Shown: positions 39,971 through 52,327 of the stretch, piece after piece
Position numbering within the stretch: the stretch's first letter is position 1
How the letters are laid out: every line of letters starts with the position of its first letter
Assembly (NCBI GenBank): GCA_051294375.1
Contig: CM119270.1
Span: 17,233,904 to 17,297,903 of the forward strand
Origin: Paraspadella gotoi
Taxonomy: Eukaryota; Animalia; Chaetognatha
Length of the DNA stretch: 64,000 nucleotides
Direction of reading: 5' to 3'
Made by a program: the position numbers and the translations under genes
Notes under the pieces: generated by a model
What the model was told of the DNA's origin: nothing
The model's input: the letters and a program-made list of their open reading frames with translations, nothing else
The model's database searches: none

Positions 39971-40880
39971 CAGTTGGCTTTCCATGACGCCTCTACCTAA
40001 ACTATTTTTTCGCTCCACATTTGCTTTAGCTAAAGCGGAGCCATTTTGAAATTTTGGTTTTTAAAAGAGATTCTTCCTTATTTAACTTTTAGATAATGAG
40101 GACAATAAATTACCTTAATCTTAAGCCGTTGAAACTTGATGATTTAACATAATGAAATAATGATTATGATCATGTCGATGATTTCTTGATCGAAAAGTTG
40201 CTATACATAACTTTTTTCGCAATATCATGCCTCGCCTCCTTTGCCAATTTAACTAATTTAAAATTTAACTAAACACAACTAAAAAATATATCTCTCTGAC
40301 TTCCTCAAAAATAAACAAAAAAAGAAACAATCAAAACTACCAAGGAAACAAAGACAAACAAAAAAACAAAATAAAAACGGAAAGTCAAAAGTCAAAACTG
40401 CGACGACGATCATTTCAGTTTTATTTGAACATTGGTTTTCTGTTATGAGGGAATCAACAGGGGGGGAGAAAATTAATGATATAACTTTGAACATTGAGAA
40501 TTGAAGGTAACGAGAGAATACAACAAATCACTTTTTTTTTATCTATTTTATTTCTTTAGGTTTTTTTAGAAACGATTTATGTATAATTTGCGTTTTATTA
40601 GAGCTTTGAGATATGAATTTTTCTGTTGTCTTTGTTGAATAGTCATGAATACTTTTTTTTGTATTTATTGTATTCTTTCAATTTTTTTTTTTACTATATC
40701 CTAATAAACAAAAAGAAAAAGCGACTTTAATATTGCTTTGACCGTTTAGTCGTTTGACGTATAGTGTCAGTTAATTTTGTTTATCTCTAACACATAGATT
40801 GTTATTAAATTTTGTTTGCATGATATTACGGAATTAAATTAAGAAGTTTAAAATCATCAATTTTACTTTTGCCGAAAAAT

Positions 40881-40913
<33 letters not shown>

Positions 40914-41868
40914 CTCAGTTGGCTTTCCCATGACGCCTCTACCTAAACTATTTTTTCGCTCCACATTTGCTTTAGCTAAAGCGGAGCCATTTTGAAATTT
41001 TGGTTTTTAAAAGAGACTTCTTCCTTATTTAACTTTTAGATAATGAGGACAATAAAATTACCTTAATCTTAAGCCGATGACAACTTGATGATTTAACCTA
41101 ATGAAAATAATGATTATGATCATAATGATGATGAATATACGAGGATCTTGATCGAAAAGTTGCTATACATAACTTTTTCGCAATATCATGCCTCGCCTCC
41201 TTTGCCAATTTAACTAATTTAACCAATTTAACTAAACAAACTAACAAAATATATCTCTCTGACTTCCTCAAAAAAGACAAAAAAAAAGAAACAAATCCAA
41301 AACTACCAAGGAAACAAAGACAAACAAAAAAACAAAATAAAACGGAAAAGTCAAAAGTCAAAACTGCGACGACGAATCATTCAGTTTTATTTGAACATTG
41401 GTTTTCATGTTATGAAGGGAATCAACAGGGGGGGGGAGAAAATTAATGTATAGACTCAGTGAATAAACTTTGAACATGGAGATTGAAGGTAACGAGAAAT
41501 ACAACAAATCACTTTTTTTTTATCTATTTTATTTCTTTAGGTTTTTTAGAAACGATTTATGTATAATTTGCGTTTTATTAAGTCTTTGAGATATGAATTT
41601 TTCTGTTTGCTTTGTTGAATAGTATGAATACTTTTTTTGGTATATTTATTGTATTCTTTCAATTTTTTTTTTACTATATCCTAATAAACAAAAAGAAAAA
41701 GCGACATTTAATATTGTTTGAACGTTTAGTCGTTTGACGTATAGTGTCAGTTAATATTTGTTTATCTACTAACACATAGATTGTTATTAAATTTTGTTTG
41801 CATGATATTACGAGAATTAAATTAAGAAGTTAAAAATCATCAATTTTACTTTTTGCCGAAAAAATTTT
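39965..41868 (+). repeat. Tandem duplication of a ~945-bp AT-rich unit (39965-40883 and 40910-41868) separated by (AG)n
   Basis: Both copies start ctcagttggcttt(c)ccatgacgcctctacctaaac and end caattttactttt(t)gccgaaaaa. Confidence 0.92.
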
Positions 41869-42859
41869 ATTTCCCTTTTCCTCCTTCTTTCTCCCCTTAA
41901 ATTTTGTACGCAATATTAAATATTTGTCTAAATCACAGCCGAGTAAGGAATGATATTTATGAATATTAGAAATAATCTAAATACAATATTCTATATTTTA
42001 ATACTTTACCGACCCAGATATTTATAAAAAAAAAGTAGTATTAGTTGGCGCCGTTCGATGAATTGAAAACATTTCCCAAAACCTTCACCCCTTTTTTTTT
42101 CGCCGTTTTCAAGGTAACCAAGAAAAAAATAAGCAAACATCGTTTACTCCTTCAGTTTATTTAAATAAAAAAAAAGAAAAAAAAGGAGAAAATAGTGAGA
42201 GAGAGAGAGAGAGAGAGAGAAAGAGTGTGTAACTCGTCCGCATGCAAAAGACCTTCATGCCGGGATCGATAGTGTAAGGGGAGAGAGAGAGAGAGTCTAC
42301 CTCCCTCCCTCTCTCTCTCTTCCCTTCTCTCTCTTCTCTCTCTTTTCTTCTCTCTCTCGTCCGCCCTCTCTCTCTCTCTCTCTCTCTTCATCTCTCGTAC
42401 TTTCTCTCGGGTCCTCCCCTCTCTCTCTCTCTCTCTAACTCTCTCCCTTTCATATCTCCTCGCTTCCCCTCATCCTCGTCAAAACCGACTTCTCGCGCAC
42501 TCACCCTAACTCACCCCACACAGCCCCCCTCCCCCTCTCTCCCCCTTCTACCCCCCCAAAATGAAAAACTGTTACGCATCCTTTCGTGCAACGACCGACG
42601 ACGATTCCTGTTTCCCTCACCCAACCCCATCTCTCTCTCCCCCCCCTCGCCCCTCCCGCTGCTCACTCCCGCAAGATTTGTTAAAGGCCACACCTAGCCG
42701 GGACCGCTGCCACTCATCTCCCACCTCTTCGTCTCTNNNNNNNNNNNNNNNNNNNNNNNNNCAAAAGAAACCATTCAAGTATTTGGCTCTCTTTGCCGAG
42801 AGTGCCCCATTTCTGTTCTAGCATGTAACCCTAAACCCTAATCACTAACCCAAATCCCT

Positions 42860-45800
42860 AACAAGAGCGAGATAATTGTACTTCTCGGGTTCCTGACTAA
42901 ATCTACAAATAGTACCCGTGGTTCCTTGACTAAAATCACAAATTAGTACCTCGTGGTTCCTTGACTAATCACAAAATTAGTACCCGTGTTCTTGACTTAA
43001 ATCACAAATTAGTACCCACGTGGTTCTTGACTAAATCACAAATTAGTACCTCGTGGTTCCTTGACTAAATCCAAATTTACCATGTTTGCATCTTGAGCCC
43101 TAATGGAGCGGGCAAAAACGTGAAATAGTTTGATAAAGGTATTGAACACTTGTTTTCACATTTGTTAAACGTTGAAGTCTAATCACGGAATTTCTATCAC
43201 GACACCTAAGTGATGAGTTTGCTGTTTTCTATCACCGAAACAAGTGATGAGCTTCTGTTTTCTATCACGGAAACAAGTGATGAGCCTTCTGTTTCTTCTC
43301 TCTCTTTTTCTCTTTAACTTGGTCCTATTTCTTCTTCTCTCCTTCTCTTTCCTCCTCCCTTCCTCTCTCTCTCTCTCCTCTCTGCCTCCGTCTCCCTCTT
43401 TCTCTCTCTTTTCCTCTACTTGTCTCGTCTTCTTCTCTCCTTCTCTTCCTCCCTCCCCTACCCTCCCTCTCATCTCTTACCTCTCTGCCTCTCCCGTCTT
43501 CCTCTTCTCCCTCTCCTCCTCTCTCTCTCTCTCTCTTCCTGCTCCATCTCTTTTCTTTCCCTCCCCCAGGGAATCCCGTCCTCCCGTCTTATCTCTCTCT
43601 CTTCAACTGACTCGCATCTTTTATGACCCATTATATCTGTTTTCTCCTCCTCCTAATATTCTTTCTTCCTTCTCTCTCTCTCTCTCTCATCTCTCATCTC
43701 TCTCTTCTTCTCTCTCTCTCTCTCTCTCTTGGGTAATGAGTTTGAAAAAAACAGGAAACGGATGAGAGGAGTTATTTGCTTTTCCGCTGTTCTGTCTTTT
43801 TTCTTTTTCTTCTTTCTTTTCTTTCTTTCTTTCTTCTTTCTTCTTTCTTTAAGTCTTTCCTTTCTTTCTTTCTCTCGTTGTTTTTTCATTATTTCTTTTA
43901 TATCTTTTTTTCCATTCATAACTTTCTTACATCTTTATAATACTACATACATTTTTCATTCTTAATTTTTTTCAATTAAGAATATTATAATATATATATA
44001 TAATATATATATGTGTTAAATAATAACTTAACCCAAAGAGACAGACAGACAAGACTGAGAGACGGAACAATCGACCAGACGCTAATTGATCGAGAGAAAA
44101 AAAAAGTAGTGAGAGAGAGACAGAGTGATTATGCTACAAAATAAGAAAAAAGGGGAGAGAAAAAAGATAAGAGGGCTGTCGAAGACTTTAAGTTTAATTA
44201 AAACTATGTATTTTTTTTTTTTTTACCTCACCCACACTAACTCGTACTTACCCACACTAACCCACCCATCTCCCACCTGCCGATCCCACCATCCACACCC
44301 CCCACCACACGCGTCCAAACGCAGGCCCGCAATCACGGAAAACCTCTCTCCATCCGGATCGGACTCCACACGCGGCCAGCGTTCGCTGGAGTGATATCGG
44401 CCTGCAGATTGCCGGGTGCAGGCTTGGAGAGGGCGAGGTCAGGAGGAAGCTCGTAACAGAATGTAGAGGTTATGATAGGAAGAAAGAAAAGCTTTGTAAT
44501 TAAAGGGGTTGAAAACTGAAAAGGAAAGCTTGTAGATGCAGAAGAGGTTGAGCGATGAAGGGTTATACAGAAAGAAAGCTTGTCTATATATGTATATTTG
44601 CGGGGTAAAAAGTTGAATTCTTTTAACTGTTTTTGAGCTAGGCAAATATTTCGGTGTTTGACAGCGGGAATATCTGCATATCTAACCCTCATCTTTCACC
44701 CGAACTCACAATATTCACGCATTTACTTTCCCCCCCCACCTCCCCCTCACATTCCCAGATACTGCCTCTTCCGGCAATCACCGTGACCTGGCCCACAAAT
44801 CGAGCTGCACTCGAGTCCAGATCCGAGTGAATACGTGAAGTCCAACGACTCACGAGAATGCTCCTCTCGCCGCAGGAAGGGTTTAGTTTTGGAAGACGAG
44901 AGAGAACAGGACACCCTGCCTCCGAGCTTTCGCAAAAGGACAGCATACCCGGTAAGGGAAATGTTTTTTTTGTTCAAAGGGATTAAGCCACGTTGTGTGT
45001 AGCTTTCTCAGGACATACTCCGTAAGGGAAATCGTTTTTTGGTCAAGGGATTAAGCACAGTTGAGGGTAGCTTCTCAAGAAACATACCGGTAGGGAAAAT
45101 GGTTTTTTTGGTTAAGAGGATTGAAGCATGTTGAGTGTAGCTTTCTCAAGGACATTACCCAGGTAGGAAATGGTTTTTTGATCAAGGGATTAAGAGCAAG
45201 TGTTGAGTGTAGCTTTCTCAAAAGGACATACCCGGTAGGAAAATGTTTTTTTGGTCAAGGGATTAAGCTATGTTGAGTGTAGCTTTCTCAAGGACATACC
45301 CGGTATGGAAAAATTGTTTTTGGTCAAGGGATTAAGCATGTTTGACTGTAGCTTTCTCAAGACATACCAAATAAGGGAAATGTTTTTGTCAAGGGCTAAG
45401 TATGGTTTGCCTGAGCTTTTCAACGGGACTTAGCAGGGTTCAATTGGTTATTGGGTAAAGAAGCAAGGATGCGTTTTGGTAGAGGTACGTGTTTGGATCC
45501 TCTTCCCCAGCTTTTTCGCAAGTCATACAACCTGGTCGGTGGTTGAAACGAGAGTAAGTGAGGTCTATTTGGCTATTTTTGGCTTTCCCCCACAAGGACA
45601 TGGTTAAGAGGGTATCGAATATGGAGAAAGTGTTTCGGAGCGGTTTAACCCTCGCCCCCCCCATATGGCTTTTCTAACAGGGGTTCAAGCCAGCAGGGAA
45701 TAATCTCGAGCGGTTCTTTTCCACTCTCTTCCATGCCTTCCATGCCTCCCCATGGTCTCAACGGCCAGCACGTGCTACTTTCCTGCAACGGCTACCGTCA

Positions 45801-46330
45801 CCCTTCCTGGAAACGGAGGCAGGCCTCCGAAGACGACCACAATGCTCTTCGGCCATGAAGCATTAAAGCTGCTCGCGGAAAAGCCCTCAAGACGCTCTGG
45901 CGCCATTGAGCCCCAAACAAGCGGCCTTCGACGTCCCGAGTCTTCTTGCCGTCCGAGGCGGCGGCCCGCGGCGGCGGCGGCGGGCGGCGGGATCGGCGCC
46001 GAAGCGGCAGGCGAAACGTGCTTGCTGGAATACCCTCATCACCGCCGACTGACGACGGACGACGACGACGACGATTCGGGCGACGATTGATTGGGAGTAT
46101 TTTTTTTTTTTCCTTTTTATTTTTGACGAATTCCTTTTAAATTTTCTTCTTTTTTTTTTTTCGTAAAAAATGAGCCGTAAAATATTAAGGGCCACTTTAT
46201 TTTAACGGAACGCACCATTTCGGGTCTTTAAATATGAATTGGGTAATATTATTTTAATTTAAAATTAACAGAGGTTACATAACTTAGGATTAAAGATTAA
46301 GTTTATGGATTAAAGGTACGAGATTAAGGA
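42860..46330 (+). repeat. Error-rich inverted copy of 46356-~49760, including the last sGC exons and their intronic satellites
   Basis: Reverse complement of the right arm over ~3.5 kb; symmetry centre is the 25-N gap 46331-46355. Confidence 0.92.
44325..46090 (+). pseudogene. Inverted, frameshifted copy of the last three sGC alpha exons (probably assembly artefact)
   Basis: 44325-44415 IRIGLHT.., 44759-44951 YCLF..., 45765-46090 TCYF...EAAGETCLLEYPHHRRLTTDDDDDDSGDD*; all with indels relative to the - strand exons where both are visible. Confidence 0.6.
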
Positions 46331-46729
46331 NNNNNNNNNNNNNNNNNNNNNNNNNTAATCTCTAACCTAATCCATAACCTAATCTTTAATCCTAAGTTGT
46401 AACCTAATTTTAAATTAAAAATATTAACCCAATTCCATANNNNNNNNNNNNNNNNNNNNNNNNNNNNNNNNNNNNNNNNNNNNNNNNNNNNNNNNNNNNN
46501 NNNNNNNNNNNNNNNNNNNNNNNNNNNNNNNNNNNNNNNNNNNNNNNNNNNNNNNNNNNNNNNNNNNNNNNNNNNNNNNNNNNNNNNNNNNNNNNNNNNN
46601 NNNNNNNNNNNNNNNNNNNNNNNNNNNNNNNNNNNNNNNNNNNNNNNNNNNNNNNNNNNNNNNNNNNNNNNNNNNNNNNNNNNNNNNNNNNNNNNNNNNN
46701 NNNNNNNNNNNNNNNNNNNNNNNNNNNNN

Positions 46730-46944
46730 CGCCGATCCCGCCGCCGCCGCCGCCGCCGCGGCCGCCGCCTCGGACGGCAAGAAGATCGGGACGTCGACGG
46801 GCTGTTTGGGGCTCATGGGCAGAGCGTCCTTGAGGCTTCCGCGAGTCTTTAACTGCTTCATGGCGAAGAGCATGTGGTCGTCTTCGGAGGCCTCCTCCGT
46901 TTCCAGGAAAGGGTGACGGTAGCCGTTGAGGAAGTAGCACGTGC
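46730..46944 (-). CDS. Soluble guanylyl cyclase alpha-type subunit, last exon (3' end in N gap): (G)TCYFLNGYRHPFLETEEASEDDHMLFAMKQLKTRGSLKDALPMSPKQPVDVPIFLPSEAAAAAAAAAAGS
   Basis: cccag| acceptor phase 1 fits preceding exon; TCYFL is the conserved end of the sGC alpha catalytic domain. Confidence 0.85.
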
Positions 46945-47262
46945 CTGGGAGACATGGGGAGGCATGGAAGGCATGGAAGAGAGTGGAAAAGAACCGCTCG
47001 AGATTATCCTGCTGGCTTGTAACCCTGTAGAAAGCTAGGGGGGGGAGGTTAAACCGCTCCGAAACACTTTCTCCATATTCGATACCCTCTTAAGCAATGT
47101 CCTTGGGGAAAGCAAATAGCCAAATAGCTCACTTACTCTCGTTCTCAACCACCGACCAGGTATGACTTTCGGAAAGCTGGGGAGGATCCAACACGTTACT
47201 CTAACCAAAACAGCATCCTTGCTTCTTTACCCATTAACCAATTGAACCCTGCTAAGTCCTTG

Positions 47263-47798
47263 GAAAAGCTACAGGCAACATGCTTAAGCCCTTGACCAAA
47301 AACATTTCCCTTATTTGTATGTCCTTGAGAAAGCTACACTCAACATGCTTAATCCCTTGACCAAAAAACATTTTCCTACCGGGTATGTCCTTGAGAAAGC
47401 TACACTCAACATGCTTAATCCCTTAACCAAAAAACATTTTCCTACCGGGTATGTCCTTGAGAAAGCTACACTCAACATGCTTAATCCCTTAACCAAAAAA
47501 CATTTTCCTACCGGGTATGTCCTTGAGAAAGCTACACTCAACATGCTTAATCCCTTAACCAAAAAACATTTTCCTACCGGGTATGTCCTTGAGAAAGCTA
47601 CACTCAACATGCTTAATCCCTTAACCAAAAAACCATTTCCCTACCGGGTATGTTCTTGAGAAAGCTACCCTCAACGTGCTTAATCCCTTGACCAAAAAAC
47701 ATTTCCCTACCGGGTATGTCCTTGAGAAAGCTACACACAACGTGCTTAATCCCTTGACCAAAAAACATTTCCCTACCGGGTATGTCCTTTGGAAAGCT
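47263..47798. repeat. 66-bp minisatellite (~8 copies) containing the exon end and splice donor
   Basis: gaaagc marker at 47329, 47395, 47461, 47527, 47593, 47660, 47726, 47792; unit on - strand agctttctcaaggacatacccg|gtaggraaatgttttttggtyaagggattaagca... Confidence 0.95.
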
Positions 47799-47952
47799 CG
47801 GAGGCAGGGTGCTCCTGTCTCTCTCGTCAAAACTAAACCCTCCTGCGGCGACGAGCATCTCGTGAGTCGTTGGACTCACGTTCACTCGATCTGGACTCGA
47901 GTGAGACTCGAATTTGTTGGCCAGAGTCACGTGATTGCCGAAGAGGCAGTAT
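47777..47952 (-). CDS. sGC alpha catalytic exon (R)[58 protein letters not shown](G)
   Basis: ctcag| phase 2, |gtaggg phase 1; [17 protein letters not shown] is the alpha-subunit form of the motif. Confidence 0.95.
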
Positions 47953-48279
47953 CTGAGAATGTGAGGGGGAGGTGGGGGGGGGAAAGTAAATGCGTGAATA
48001 TGTGGTTCGGGGTGAAAGATGAGGGTTAGATATGCAGATATTCCGGTCAACACCGAAATATTTGCCTATCTCAAAAACAGTTAAAGAATTCAACTTTTAC
48101 CCCGCAAATATACATATATAGACAAGCTTTCTTCTTTAACCCTTCATCGCATCAACCTCTTCTGCATCTACAAGCTTTCCTTTTCAGTTTTCACCCCTTA
48201 ATTACAAGCTTTCCTTCCTATCTAACCATCTACATTCTACGAGCTTTCCTCCCTACCTCGCCCTCTCCAAGCTGCTTAC

Positions 48280-48362
48280 CTCGGCATCTGCAGGCCGATC
48301 ACTCCAGCGAGAACGCTGCCGGTGTGGAGTCCGATCCGGATGGAGAGAGGTTTTCCGTCGGG
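48280..48362 (-). CDS. sGC alpha catalytic exon [27 protein letters not shown](R)
   Basis: cgcag| acceptor, |gtaagc donor; class III cyclase RIGLHTGxVxAGVxG..MPR motif. Confidence 0.95.
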
Positions 48363-48784
48363 CTGCGTTTGGACGCGGGTGGCTGGGGGGTGGATGGTGG
48401 GTCGGTCAGGGTGGGAGATGGGTGGGTTAGTGTGGGTAAGTACGAGTTAGTGTGGGTGAGGTAAAAAATACATAGTTAAAACGTAAAGGTCGACAGCCTC
48501 TTATCTTTTTTCTCTCCTTTCATTTCTTATTTTGAGCGATAATAACTCTGTCTCTCTCTCACTACTTTTTTTTTCTCTCGATCAAATTAGCGTCTGGTCG
48601 ATTGTCCGTCTCTCAGTCTTGTCTGTCTGTCTCTTTGGGGTTATTAACACATATTATATATATATATATATATTATATCTTAATGAAAAAAATTAAGAAT
48701 GAAAAAAATGTTGTAGTATATAAAGGATGTAAGGAAAGTATGAATGGAAAAAAAGATATAAAGAAATAAATGAAAAAACAAGAG

Positions 48785-48851
<67 letters not shown>

Positions 48852-48919
48852 AAAAAAGACAGACAGACGGAAAGAAATAACTCCTCTCATCCGTTTCCTG
48901 TTTTTTCAACAGCTCATTA

Positions 48920-48971
<52 letters not shown>

Positions 48972-49342
48972 GAAGAATATTAGGAGGAGGAGAAACAGAA
49001 TATAATGGGTCATAAAAGATGGAGTCAGTGAAGACGAGAGAGATAAGACGGGAGGACGGGATTCCCTGGGGAGGGAAAGAAGAGAGGGAGAGGAAGAGAG
49101 AGAGAAGAGGAGAGGAGGAGAGGGAGAAAGAGGAAGACGGAGAGGCAGAGAGGTAGAGAGAGAGAGGGAGGGAAGGGAGGGAGGAAGAGAAGGAGAGAAG
49201 AAGACAGAGACAAAGTAAGAGAAAAGAAGAGAGAAAGAGGGAGACGGAGAGGCAGAGAGGTAGAGAGAGAGAGAGGGAAGGGAGGGAGGAAGAGAAGGAG
49301 AGAAGAAGAAATAGACAAAGTAAGAGAAAAGAAGAGAGAAAG

Positions 49343-49450
49343 AAAACAGAAGCTCATCACTTGTTTCGTGATAGAAAACAGAAGCTCATCACTTGTTTCG
49401 TGATAGAAAACAGAAACTCATCACTTGTTTCGTGATAGAAATTCGTGATT
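49343..49450. repeat. 32-bp tandem repeat, ~3.3 copies, intronic
   Basis: aaaacagaagctcatcacttgtttcgtgatag at 49343, 49375 and (one mismatch) 49407. Confidence 0.9.
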
Positions 49451-49548
49451 AGACTTCAACGTTTAACAAATGTGAAAACAAGTGTTCAATACCTTTATCA
49501 ACTATTTCACGTTTTTGCCCTCATTAGGCTCAAATGCAAACATGGTAA

Positions 49549-49888
49549 ATTTGAGATTTAGTCAAGGAACCACGAGGTACTAATTTGTGATTTAGTCAAG
49601 GAACCACGAGGTACTAATTTGTGATTTAGTCAAGGAACCACGAGGTACTAATTTGTGATTTAGTCAAGGAACCACGAGGTACTAATTTGTGATTTAGTCA
49701 AGGAACCACGAGGTACTAATTTGTGATTTAGTCAAGGAACCACGAGGTACTAATTTGTGATTTAGTCAAGGAACCACGAGGTACTAATTTGTGATTTAGT
49801 CAAGGAACCACGAGGTACTAATTTGTGATTTAGTCAAGGAACCACGAGGTACTAATTTGTGATTTAGTCAAGGAACCACGAGGTACTA
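49549..49888. repeat. 34-bp near-perfect minisatellite, 10 copies, intronic
   Basis: atttgtgatttagtcaaggaaccacgaggtacta with period 34 and no spacers. Confidence 0.97.
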
Positions 49889-50005
49889 AAGAACAAAGAA
49901 TGAAAAAAGTTATGAACAACTTGAGAACGAACGAAGGATTTATGAACGACTAACGAAGGCGACAGCGAAAGGTGAGGTGAGGTGAGGCAGGGGAACTCGT
50001 TTCAC

Positions 50006-50023
50006 TCTGACCCGAGCGGCGAC
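50006..50023 (-). CDS. Candidate sGC microexon (VAARVR), boundaries uncertain
   Basis: ccaag|gtcgccgctcgggtcaga|gtgaaa after a ~600-nt polypyrimidine tract; fills the short stretch missing between ALKM and PDGKPL. Confidence 0.45.
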
Positions 50024-51636
50024 CTTGGAGTCTTGAGCGCTCGAGCGAAAAGGAGAGGAAAGGAAAGGAAAGGAGACGAAAGGAGAGGAAAAGAAAAGAA
50101 AGGAGAGGGAAGAAGAGGAAAAGAAAGGAAAGGAAAAGAGAGGAAAAGAAAGGAGAGAAAACGAAACGAAATGAGAGGAAAGGAAAAGAAAGGGTTTAGA
50201 GGAAAGGAAAGGAAAGGGGAGGAAAGGAAAGGAAAGGAAAGGAAAGGAAAGGAAAGGAAAGGAAATGAATGGAAATGAAAGGAAAGGAAAGAAAAGGAAA
50301 GGAAAGGTAAAGAGAGGAGAGGATAGGTAAGGAAAGGAAATGAATTGGAACGAAAGAAAAGGAAAGGAAAGGAGAGAAAAGTAAAGGAGAGGAAAGGATA
50401 GAAAAGGAAGAAAAGAAAGAGGAAAAAAAGGAGCGATAAAAAGAAAATAGAGGAAAGGAGAGAGAAGGAGCGAAAAGAATCATAAAAACAAAAGACTAAC
50501 GAATGAAAGAAAAAAAAAAGAACAAACCGGAAGCGATTAGTAGGTACAATAAAGACTAGTAAAGGAGTTGAAAAAAGAAACAAAGAAAAAAAAGCAAAAC
50601 AAAAGAAAGAAAAAAACAAAACAAAAGAAAGAAAAAACAAAAGGAGCGCTCGACCGGAAACGCTTCTCGCAAAACAGACGCGAGCAAAATACAGGCGCCA
50701 GGTTTTTTTTTAAAGCTAAAACAGGCGAGGATATTTATAACAAAGGATTTGCCCCTTGTTACCAGAAGTAAGTAGTTTGTTGAAGTTGTTAAATTGGAAT
50801 GGTTGGAGTTGGGTGATGGTGAGTGTTCCGATAAGACGATGTTGTTGGTGAGGTTGTTACGACTCCAGTCGCGCAGTTAAAACCAGACGCGCGCTTAGGT
50901 GAGCTTGTCATAATATACTGTACATTGAGTGGGTGGTCCGATTATTCTCATCGCTGTTGTGATCATAACGGCGAGGATGATGTTGCTGTTGTAGTTGAAT
51001 ATATGTATTTGGTAACCAAGGACTATACTTTATATCGGAAAATTTATATAAATGGTCCAAAAAGGAGGAGATGAACTGGACCTAAACTTGAACGCGACCC
51101 CGAATCCCCATGAGGAGGATGAGGAGGAAGGAGAAAAAGAGATTCTGGTTGGGCCTTCCGAGAATTACATAAAACCGTGTTTTGATGTTGTTCGCGACTC
51201 GCGATGTTGTTTATGACCTCTGGTGTTGGTGTGACTTGTGATGTTGTTTATGATACGTGAAGTTTCTCCATTGGAGATAATCGAGGCGCCAGGGCGGGAT
51301 GGCCAAAGAGGGGGAGGCGGGGGGTAGGGAGGAGGAGGGAGAGTGGAGTAGGAGAAGAAGAAGGAGGGGGCAGGATAGAAGGAAAGTATTCTGCACGTTG
51401 GAGCTGACTTGGGATAAGTTTGAGATGGGATGGGCTCGAAAGAGAATTTGTTAGAGATGGGAAGGAATGAAACAGAACGAACTGAAGCAGACAGCAGTGA
51501 AACATAGTAGCAGAGAAACAGAAACAACTGAAGCAGACAGCAGTGAAACAGAGAAGCAGTGAAACAGAACGCTGTGCGATGAAAGGTGATGGGGCGCGTC
51601 TGTGCCAAGAAGCCATCACGTGCGTTGGCGAGAATA

Positions 51637-51785
<149 letters not shown>

Positions 51786-52228
51786 TAGCTAATAAAGCCG
51801 CGCCGGTGTAACAAACCGGAAATGAAATACGAGCCGCGTTGTCGGGAACAGCGTCACTAACGTCGTTATATCCCGAGTGGCGGACATCGTTTTTAACCGA
51901 GTTAATCTCGTTACTATTTCATTAGCGAAATCGTCGCGCTGCGGTTAATGGAATCTTTTATTGTTTCATTATTACGTCGGACATTGTTGGAAACGATCAA
52001 ACGATCGACGTTGAAGTTATAAATATTTTCAATGCTCGTAAATAGTTTTTGAAGCATTAGCTCGCTAACCCACGCTCGCTTCCCAACACTCCCTCTTGGG
52101 AGCCGGATATCGACCATCGGTTCGGTAATCAAATTGGGTCTTTTTTTTTTTCGTTCGGAGGACAAACTCCCTAAAAATGTCCGCAGATGTCAGCACGCGT
52201 CCGATAGATTTTCTTCATCCTCGTTCAC

Positions 52229-52327
52229 CTGAAACCATCTTCAACGCGAGCCAGGCGATCTGTTGCGCGTGGCTGTTGATCTTTCGATGCAGTCCACCCG
52301 CGACGCAGTAAGCGTCACCGATCGTCT
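52229..52327 (-). CDS. sGC alpha catalytic exon (E)[30 protein letters not shown](VS)
   Basis: cgcag| phase 1; [13 protein letters not shown] motif with the second metal-binding Asp; exon ends at 52236 or 52229. Confidence 0.93.

Noticed and set aside
47311-47659. Repeat ORFs ([22 protein letters not shown])n and ([22 protein letters not shown])n as stand-alone proteins
   Set aside because: By-products of a 66-bp unit lacking stops in those frames; the array derives from the sGC exon-intron boundary
49549-49888. 34-bp repeat array as a CRISPR array
   Set aside because: Units are head-to-tail with no unique spacers, lie in a eukaryotic intron, and no cas genes are present
42860-49888. Foldback (FB-type) transposon with terminal tandem arrays
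   Set aside because: Arms consist of host sGC exons and introns, the centre is a 25-N gap, and there is no TSD or transposase
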